Assembly (NCBI GenBank): GCA_014297435.1
Contig: JACOQA010000002.1
Location: 128,001-192,000 of the forward strand
Length of the DNA: 64,000 nt
Direction of reading: 5' to 3'
From: Candidatus Nanohaloarchaea archaeon
Lineage (GTDB): Archaea > Nanohalarchaeota > Nanosalinia > Nanosalinales > Nanosalinaceae
The translations under genes and the position numbers were made by a program. The notes beneath the pieces are model-generated. The model saw only the letters and a program-made list of their open reading frames with translations. It made no database searches and was not told the origin of the DNA. Each line of letters begins with the position of its first letter. Position 1 is the stretch's first letter. Below are positions 56,957 to 64,000 of the stretch, in pieces.

Positions 56957-57898
56957 ATGGAACGAGCACTAATTACTGGAGGAGCAGGATTTATAGGTTC
57001 AAACATCGCAGAACTACTTGTCGAGGAAGGTTGTGAGGTCGTTGTACTTGACAGCCTTTACTTAGGTTCTGAAAACAATCTTTCTGAGATAGAGGACGAG
57101 GTCGAGTTCGTAGAAGGATCAGTAATAGATACTGAGACAGTTAAAGAAGCAATAAAGGGTTGTGATGTGGTTTTCCATCAGGCTGCAAGATCAAGTTCGC
57201 CTATGCACAAGGAAGATGCGGCAGAAGGAGCAAGGATAAACGTCGAAGGCTTCGTTAACGTAGTAGAGGCTGCGAAAGACGAGGAAGTAGAGAAAATTGT
57301 TTACGCCTCTACGAGTTCGATGTATGGTAGTGTCGAACCGCCGCACAAAGAGGACACGGGAGAATATCCAACAAACCTTTACACGGCTTCAAAGATGTCT
57401 AGAGAGCTTTACGCCACGGTATACTCCCAACAAACAGATATTAACTTTACAGGTCTCAGGTACTTCTCGGTCTACGGACCTCACGAAAAAGCGAAGGACA
57501 AGTATGCCAACGTCCTGACCCAGTTCATGTGGAAGATGCTTGAAGGAGAAAGGCCTGTCATATGGGGAGACGGAACCCAGACAAGAGACTTCACGTTCGT
57601 CAAGGACATCGCAAGAGCCAACCTCTTGGCCGCAGAGAACAAGAGCGAAGAAGTCAACGGCGAATACTTCAACATCGGAACAGGAAGAGATGTCTCATTC
57701 AACACTTTAGTAGAAAAATTGAACGAGACATTAGGAACTGAGATAGAGCCAAAACACATCGAACACCCAAGAGACAACCCCGTGATGGCTACAAAAGCCG
57801 ATTACTCCAGAGCAAAAGAAAAACTGGGCTACGAACCGGAGTACAGCTTTGAAGAAGGCTTGAAAGAGACCGCGGAGTTCTACCAGGAAAACAGATAA
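56957..57898 (+). CDS. NAD-dependent sugar epimerase/dehydratase
   Basis: TGGAGFIGS, YTASK, RYFSVYGP, GDGTQTRDF. Confidence 0.93.
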   Translation: MERALITGGAGFIGSNIAELLVEEGCEVVVLDSLYLGSENNLSEIEDEVEFVEGSVIDTETVKEAIKGCDVVFHQAARSSSPMHKEDAAEGARINVEGFVNVVEAAKDEEVEKIVYASTSSMYGSVEPPHKEDTGEYPTNLYTASKMSRELYATVYSQQTDINFTGLRYFSVYGPHEKAKDKYANVLTQFMWKMLEGERPVIWGDGTQTRDFTFVKDIARANLLAAENKSEEVNGEYFNIGTGRDVSFNTLVEKLNETLGTEIEPKHIEHPRDNPVMATKADYSRAKEKLGYEPEYSFEEGLKETAEFYQENR

Positions 57899-57935
57899 GA
57901 GTCTTAACTAGGAAATATCCACAGGTGTCTTGAAA

Positions 57936-58304
57936 ATGGGACGTATCGAAAAGCCCTGGGGATACGAAGACCAGGTCTTAATGACACAGGTAGACGTCGG
58001 AGAAAAACAGGGAATGCTCGGCATGAGAAAGCTCGCGATCAACGCGGACGAAATGACCTCTTACGCCAAACACGAGGAACAGGCAGACATTATCTATCTC
58101 GAGAAAGGCGAAGTAACGATCAGAAAGGACGGAGACCTCATTGAACTTGAGAAAGGAAACGCAGTTGTAATAAGATCGGGAGAAAAGCACCAGCTCCAGA
58201 ACATAGGAACCGATGTAGCTGAAGTTCTCGAAATATCCTTCCCGTACAGACCAGAGGATATTGAAAGGATAGAGGATCCTTACAATGATGAAAGAGAGGG
58301 TTAG
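57936..58304 (+). CDS. Cupin (mannose-6-phosphate isomerase type II C-terminal-like)
   Basis: EKPWG, H...KHQLQN, EIS, DIERIEDPY. Confidence 0.8.
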   Translation: MGRIEKPWGYEDQVLMTQVDVGEKQGMLGMRKLAINADEMTSYAKHEEQADIIYLEKGEVTIRKDGDLIELEKGNAVVIRSGEKHQLQNIGTDVAEVLEISFPYRPEDIERIEDPYNDEREG

Positions 58305-59398
58305 AGGAAGAGAACAAACCCTATAATTATTACAACCACTTCAACGGAGGTAAGGATCAGTGTTATCTGTTTCTCCGTAAATCCTCTTTTCATTAATGGA
58401 ATTGTAAGGCTGTAATTCTTCGGATGTTGGGGTTCTAGTTTGCCGTTTTCTTTCAGAGTTCCCCAGGAATGGGAGTTAAACCCACTTCTCGCACTAAGCA
58501 AGAACTCAGCGTACCAAGGCGCGAATATGAAAGCTCCGAACTTCTCGATATTTCCCACGACCATGGACGCGAAGAGAACTGCACCAGCCAAGTAAGTTAA
58601 AGAGTCTCCGGGAAGTATCGAAGCCGGATAAAAATTGTACCAAAGGAACGCGAGCAGACATGACGAAGCAGATAAAGCTATCAAAGCTGCTTCCATTCGA
58701 CCGTTAGACAAAGCGAAAACACCTAGCCCGAGACTAGCTACCAGACTCATTGCAGCCGACAAACCGTTCATACCCGCCAGCATGTTCACAACGTTCGAAA
58801 CGAACAGAAGTCCTAAAGGTAGGAGAACTAGTGGGTAGAGCAGACCCCAGTTCACTACACCAATTAAAGGAAGGCTCATCTCCCATGAACCAGCACCTAC
58901 CGCAATCAAAGGAAGTGCGGCCGGTAAGACGAAAAGCATCTTGGGTATCTGCGAGAGCCCGGTTCTATGGATCATCGAATCATCCTTATCATTAGAAAAA
59001 CGGAGAATAAAGCGTTCGATAAAGTGTGTTTTCTCGGTCTCAAGCTCTATCTCAACCTCCTCCTCAACATGTTCGGTTATCAGCTTCTGCAGATCGATAT
59101 GAATATCATCTATCAAGCCAATTAATGCGATAATAGTTACTGAGTTCAGAGCTGCGAGTACAAGCGCCAGGTTGATACTTCTAGAACCGAAAAGCTGGTT
59201 CAAACCGATAAAGCTTGTGACGGCTACAATAAAACCGAAGAGAACAACCAATCCGCCTGAAGTCGGTATCTTCGGTCTATTATTCTTCTGCTGGTCTATT
59301 CCATAAATCCCTGAAGACATCAAGTACTTTTTCGCCGCAGGAACTCCAACAAAAACTGTAAAGAAACCGAGAAGGGAAGAAAGGAGTAGGAACCTCAT
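58301..59398 (-). CDS. aglH: UDP-GlcNAc:polyprenol-P GlcNAc-1-P transferase (AglH/Alg7-like)
   Basis: IPTSGG, IGLIDD, NVVNMLAGMNGL, NFYPASILPGDS. Confidence 0.85.
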   Translation of the reverse strand: MRFLLLSSLLGFFTVFVGVPAAKKYLMSSGIYGIDQQKNNRPKIPTSGGLVVLFGFIVAVTSFIGLNQLFGSRSINLALVLAALNSVTIIALIGLIDDIHIDLQKLITEHVEEEVEIELETEKTHFIERFILRFSNDKDDSMIHRTGLSQIPKMLFVLPAALPLIAVGAGSWEMSLPLIGVVNWGLLYPLVLLPLGLLFVSNVVNMLAGMNGLSAAMSLVASLGLGVFALSNGRMEAALIALSASSCLLAFLWYNFYPASILPGDSLTYLAGAVLFASMVVGNIEKFGAFIFAPWYAEFLLSARSGFNSHSWGTLKENGKLEPQHPKNYSLTIPLMKRGFTEKQITLILTSVEVVVIIIGFVLFL

Positions 59399-62346
59399 TA
59401 CTCCTCAATTTCCTGCTGGTTTACCTTCCACATTTTGATGAAGCCGTTCGAACCGCCTTCAACCTTCTCAACCCAGTCAATACCATAACCGTCCATCAGG
59501 TAAAGCCGTCCAAGACTGGATCTTGCAACCTTCTTAGGCACTATAACTAATTTTGCCGGCTGCGTCTGCATGTTAGATCTTTGACTTGTTATCGCGGCAC
59601 GTTCTAAGGTGTAGAACGGATTCTCTGCTATACACATTTCGCTGCCGCTTAGCTGAGCTGGTTTTTCAACGTCCAGCTCCTTAATGCCATCTTCGGTTAC
59701 AACACAACCTACTCTTGACCTGCCTGTTGCTGTCTCGTAAATAGCTCTGGTGTCTTGGCTCTTCAGATCGATCGAATTGTTAGAGGATTTAATCTCAGCA
59801 TAGACCGTTCTTCTTCCATCCGAGAAAGTTGACTGGTTTGAGTTCTGGCTGTTCCCTCTCCAGGTCAGCTGTGTCATGTAGTCGAACTCGGAGTTGTCTC
59901 TGTGCGCGATCTGGGAAACTGCGGAGTACTTGCCTATCATCGTCTCATCAAGCACTATGTAATCTATAGAATGCTTTTTGAACAGTTCCGAATGGTTTGA
60001 AGGATTCGTTGAGGTAAGGAAGTCGGCGATAGGATAGTTAGTCTTACCGAGGATATCGCTGGTGTAGTAGCCGGCGTTTCCTCCGTCCGCAACCGCAGCT
60101 CTTCTACCTACCGATTCGAACCAGTAACCGTAGTCCCACCATGATAGGACTACTGAATCTCCGGGTGTTTCTGACTCCATGTAGTCAAGGTTCTGCATCC
60201 AGAGCTGGTTAGGCGAACCCCCAAGATTATCTGATGCTGCAAAACCGGAACTGAAGTTGACCGCTGCAAATGCAACGATAAATACGCCTGCTAGAATCTT
60301 CTTCAGATTCGACGAATTTAGGATTCCTTTGACTTCATCTTCCAACTCGAGAGCCACGTATAGCAAAGGAGTGTTCAGAAGCAGCATGAATCCTATAAGT
60401 TCCAGGTTTGAGGCTTCATAAGCGGAACTGATCGCAAGAACCACTACGTTCGCCACTAGCAGCAGAACAGATCCGCCTATAATGTTGAATGTCGACCTGT
60501 CTAGTTCTCTGGCTTTTAAGTAGATTCTTGAAACCATGTAGCCTCCGAGGAATGCGCTTGAGAACGCGGAAAGGAATACAAGTCTTGACTTTGCTGCTGC
60601 CCCCAGAATGTTTGTAATAGCCCATACTAATCCTAGGATTTGGTAAGACTTCATCTCTATCTTGTAATCTGAAGCCTCCTTGAAGTAGTAGAGCAATCCT
60701 ATACCGGTCACTGAAAGCAGTAACGGATGGAAAACTGCGCTTGAGAAAGGAAGCTGGAACAGGGCTTGGGAAATGTTCGCCCTGTAAAGATTTCCTATCT
60801 GCAGAGGCAGTATAGCGACTCCGGCTGTGAAAAGTGCAGTTACAAGAGAGTTGATCTGGAACGCCTCATCTTCGTCAAAGAAGTAGACTATGCTCAGGCT
60901 GATTAGGAAGATCAGTGCGCCTGCAGCAATCGTCTCGATTCTGTAGAGCGACTGGATTGCGTTAGCACTTTGCAAGGTATTTGTGTATGCAAAGCCGGCG
61001 ATTATAGCAAACCAGCCCATGATCGAGGCTTGCATGTAGCCTAGGTACTTCTTCCAGCCAATTTCTTCTTCGACAACTCCATAACGTCTCAAAACCATTA
61101 GAGTGATTTTTGAGCCGATTACGGGAATGCCTATGATTGCCAGAGTCCAAGCTCCTGAATAGCCTCCTAGAAGGCTTCCGAGAACTGACATTATCTGTCT
61201 AAGGGCGCCATCTCCTATGACAGGTATGTCGGCTAGTAGTCTTGAGACGCCTACTCCTGCGTTTGATGCGCCAAGAGTTCCGGCCATGTCTCCAATACTT
61301 GAGGCTGTGTTCTCAGCCACCGTGCCCGCGATAACTGCGCCTCCACTCTGAGTTACGCGGCTTATAATCGAACTAAATCTGCTGTAGATAAACTGAGAGT
61401 AAAGCGGGGAGAGAGCTACCATGATTAGACCTACTGCGGATATGGAAGGTACGAAGTAAGCCAGCTTGTCCCTTTCAACTATCTCCAGCTTTTCAACTAG
61501 GTAACGTGTCCAGAGAAGTCCTAGAATCGCTATGTTTCCTAAGAACATCGATCCGGTCAAGCCGAATCTCGAAGGGTTGGCTGCTGCTGCGAAACCTCCT
61601 GCAACCAATACAGTTGGGGTGTATACCGCTACTAATTCTTCTATGTCCTGATCTAGGAATGCGGTTATGCCTACTACTAGGGGCAGGAGAAGCCACAGCA
61701 TCTTTGATCCTCCCCAGGAGATAGTGAATATTCCTAAGGCTAGACCTGCAAAGATTCCGGAAATTCTTTCCTTTCGTTTCCAGCCTCTCGTGAAAAAGTA
61801 CATAGAGATTATCATGAAGAGTGTGCCGACAGGCTCCTTCTCGAAGAAGCCGGCAGAAGTTCTGTGCATGACTCCTCCGACTGTAGCTAGAAGGAAGGCA
61901 GCTGAGATGCCTGTGTACTTGTCGAACATTTCTTTTCCTAGGAAGTATGTTGCTACCGTGCTTAGTGCACCCATGAAGGCAGGGAAGAACTGTGCCCACT
62001 CCATGTAGCTGTTGAAGAACAGCGATCCGCCCATTTTATACATGGCTGCGGGTATAACGATTTCTCCCACGTTATGGTGGTGGAAAGGTGCGTTGTAAGG
62101 GAAGTAGCGCATGAAATCTGTTGTAGGTATATTGCCGTCGAGCGCAAGATGTTGGCTCTGTCTAAAGATCCAGTAGGGGTCTAATGCTTGAAGATACTTC
62201 ATCCCCTGTTCCGGTCTGTATCTCAGGAACAGTGCGGTGAGGAAAACAGTGAAAACGGCTGGTGCCGCCCAGTAAGAAACCGGATTTTGTCTAACATCAT
62301 CATACTTATCCTCTAAGCCTTCCCTGAGGTTTCCGAAGTCCATCAT
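59398..62346 (-). CDS. aglB: Oligosaccharyltransferase AglB (STT3)
   Basis: ALDPY, RTSAGFFEKE, TVAEN, SWWDYG, ADGG, DxxMxxK. Confidence 0.95.
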   Translation of the reverse strand: MMDFGNLREGLEDKYDDVRQNPVSYWAAPAVFTVFLTALFLRYRPEQGMKYLQALDPYWIFRQSQHLALDGNIPTTDFMRYFPYNAPFHHHNVGEIVIPAAMYKMGGSLFFNSYMEWAQFFPAFMGALSTVATYFLGKEMFDKYTGISAAFLLATVGGVMHRTSAGFFEKEPVGTLFMIISMYFFTRGWKRKERISGIFAGLALGIFTISWGGSKMLWLLLPLVVGITAFLDQDIEELVAVYTPTVLVAGGFAAAANPSRFGLTGSMFLGNIAILGLLWTRYLVEKLEIVERDKLAYFVPSISAVGLIMVALSPLYSQFIYSRFSSIISRVTQSGGAVIAGTVAENTASSIGDMAGTLGASNAGVGVSRLLADIPVIGDGALRQIMSVLGSLLGGYSGAWTLAIIGIPVIGSKITLMVLRRYGVVEEEIGWKKYLGYMQASIMGWFAIIAGFAYTNTLQSANAIQSLYRIETIAAGALIFLISLSIVYFFDEDEAFQINSLVTALFTAGVAILPLQIGNLYRANISQALFQLPFSSAVFHPLLLSVTGIGLLYYFKEASDYKIEMKSYQILGLVWAITNILGAAAKSRLVFLSAFSSAFLGGYMVSRIYLKARELDRSTFNIIGGSVLLLVANVVVLAISSAYEASNLELIGFMLLLNTPLLYVALELEDEVKGILNSSNLKKILAGVFIVAFAAVNFSSGFAASDNLGGSPNQLWMQNLDYMESETPGDSVVLSWWDYGYWFESVGRRAAVADGGNAGYYTSDILGKTNYPIADFLTSTNPSNHSELFKKHSIDYIVLDETMIGKYSAVSQIAHRDNSEFDYMTQLTWRGNSQNSNQSTFSDGRRTVYAEIKSSNNSIDLKSQDTRAIYETATGRSRVGCVVTEDGIKELDVEKPAQLSGSEMCIAENPFYTLERAAITSQRSNMQTQPAKLVIVPKKVARSSLGRLYLMDGYGIDWVEKVEGGSNGFIKMWKVNQQEIEE

Positions 62347-62431
62347 TTGAAAAACTGTTTCGTGCGGGACCTTTTTTATTTCTCTGCTGGGATGTCGGAG
62401 TGTTTAAAAACCTTCCAGAGACAGAGATTTT

Positions 62432-63352
62432 GTGGAGTTCGAAAAATACTTTGACAGCATATATGAAGAGTATGACAAGTATCTGGTTGTGCCGGTAGCA
62501 CTTATAGCCCTCTCCGTCCTGGCGTTAGGCTTCTCATTGGTGACGACAGGAGAGGTTGTCCAGAAAGGTCTAGACTTCACTGGGGGAACTGAGGCAACCT
62601 ACTCAATCAACGAAAGCTTCACAACAGGAGAGATCGAACAAGTATTTTTAGACGCAGGAAGATCAAAAGTACAAGTATTCAAGACAACTTCGGGGGAAAA
62701 CACAGGTTTAAGCGTTAGAGTGCCTCCCCCCAAACTTAAAGGTCAAGAGGCAGCAGAAATACTAAATTCGGCAGGATACAATGTAAGTGTTCAGTCTACT
62801 AGAGAGCTTTCCGCTTCAGTATCGGATGCATTCTTCACGCAAGCGGTATTAGCCTTTGTAATGGCGTTCACAATAATGAGCCTGGTAATATTCTACGCAT
62901 TCAAGGATTTGACGCCTTCAGCCGCCGTAATATTTGCTGCAGCCGGAGACATAATCTTTGCGCTTGCAGGAATGAGTATACTTGGAATACCATTAACTCT
63001 AGGTTCTCTGGCGGCTCTATTGATGCTTATCGGTTATTCAGTCGACACAGATATTGTGCTATCGACCAGAGTGCTTAAACAGGAAAGAAATACTGTGAAG
63101 GACCGTATCTGGGATTCGATGAAGACTGGTGTTACAATGAGCTCAGGTGGGATCGCAGGTTTCACACTACTATATATAGTATCTCAAATGATCGTAGGTC
63201 CTTCAGAGCTCTCAAATATAGCAGCGGTCATGGTGATCGGTCTACTAGCCGACATGCCTTTCACATGGTTCGGAAACGCAATAATACTCAAGAAGTATGT
63301 TGATGGAGAAATCCCATCAATCAATATCGAGAAGGTGATTCCATGGAGATGA
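62432..63352 (+). CDS. secF: Protein translocase subunit SecF
   Basis: GLDFTGGT, LMLIGYSVDTDIVL. Confidence 0.93.
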   Translation: MEFEKYFDSIYEEYDKYLVVPVALIALSVLALGFSLVTTGEVVQKGLDFTGGTEATYSINESFTTGEIEQVFLDAGRSKVQVFKTTSGENTGLSVRVPPPKLKGQEAAEILNSAGYNVSVQSTRELSASVSDAFFTQAVLAFVMAFTIMSLVIFYAFKDLTPSAAVIFAAAGDIIFALAGMSILGIPLTLGSLAALLMLIGYSVDTDIVLSTRVLKQERNTVKDRIWDSMKTGVTMSSGGIAGFTLLYIVSQMIVGPSELSNIAAVMVIGLLADMPFTWFGNAIILKKYVDGEIPSINIEKVIPWR

Positions 63353-64000
63353 AAGACTTGCTGAAGGAGTGGAGAATCTGGATACTAATCCTTTCACTTG
63401 GTTTTTCGCTCTTCATGCTTGGACCTCACTACGAGACAAACGAGCAAGGAGACACAACTATCTCCACTGACATCAATAAGGGACTTGACCTATCGGGAGG
63501 AACTCGAGCGCTTCTATCAGTCCAAGGAAACAACACATCTGAGGCTATTGTAACACAGATTAAGAACATACTTGAACGAAGAGTCTCGGCATTTGGACTT
63601 ACACAGACCTCCGTTAGAACTGTAGAGCTTGGTGGAGAGACGAAGATCCAGATGGAGATTGCATCAACCAACCAGTCTAACCTTAGAGAACTCATATCTC
63701 AGGAAGGACGGTTCGAGTCCAGACTTCCTCTAACGGTTTCCGACAGCCAAGAGTTCACGCTTGACCAGCCATACACTTTCAACTATGAAAACAACACGGT
63801 TTCTGTTCTAAACAATAGTTATAATGAGGGCGACAGCTTCTCGATAGATGGCACTAGATTTTTCTATGTAAACAATACTGAAGAAGGCGCAAACCTTCAC
63901 GTTGTCGCATACGATGGAGAGGACGTTAAGCAGGTCATTACTTCTGATTCAAGAGTAACTTCATCAAGAAGCGGAGGCTACAGCTTCAGATTCCCGGTAG
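63343..64000 (+). CDS. secD: Protein translocase subunit SecD (runs off the window end)
   Basis: MEMKDLLKEWRIWIL...KGLDLSGGTR...LERRVSAFGL; follows secF. Confidence 0.9.
   Translation, partial: MEMKDLLKEWRIWILILSLGFSLFMLGPHYETNEQGDTTISTDINKGLDLSGGTRALLSVQGNNTSEAIVTQIKNILERRVSAFGLTQTSVRTVELGGETKIQMEIASTNQSNLRELISQEGRFESRLPLTVSDSQEFTLDQPYTFNYENNTVSVLNNSYNEGDSFSIDGTRFFYVNNTEEGANLHVVAYDGEDVKQVITSDSRVTSSRSGGYSFRFPV

Overview
Gene-dense archaeal chromosome segment with a largely acidic proteome and mostly leaderless genes. Gene content (PolD, Cdc6, RadA, histone, AglB, SecDF) and moderate GC fit a DPANN nanohaloarchaeon; that taxonomic call is an inference. In order: histone-RPA-RadA; a 347-bp non-coding ACTAT/ACGAT-rich island between convergent genes; four peptidases; tRNA-Thr(CGU); a SipW/TasA-like secretion locus whose two substrates have long structured leaders; DnaG; three paralogous unknown proteins; PolD (DP2 with a 490-aa LAGLIDADG intein, and DP1); cdc6 with an adjacent ORB-flanked oriC; a large secreted pseudo-gingipain; a ~28-kb surface-glycosylation locus (GTs, flippase, AglH, AglB); secF and partial secD. 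The best candidate new system lies in the glycan locus: seven alkaline-phosphatase-superfamily enzymes, a lone CysD-like enzyme and two tiny ribbon-helix-helix proteins. The last three share a C-terminal (R/K)LxxLGY tail that the seven enzymes lack. One enzyme gene is frameshifted at an (AG)6 microsatellite. Several candidate cis-regulatory RNAs and uORFs are also visible. All calls come from reading the sequence by eye; no searches were run.
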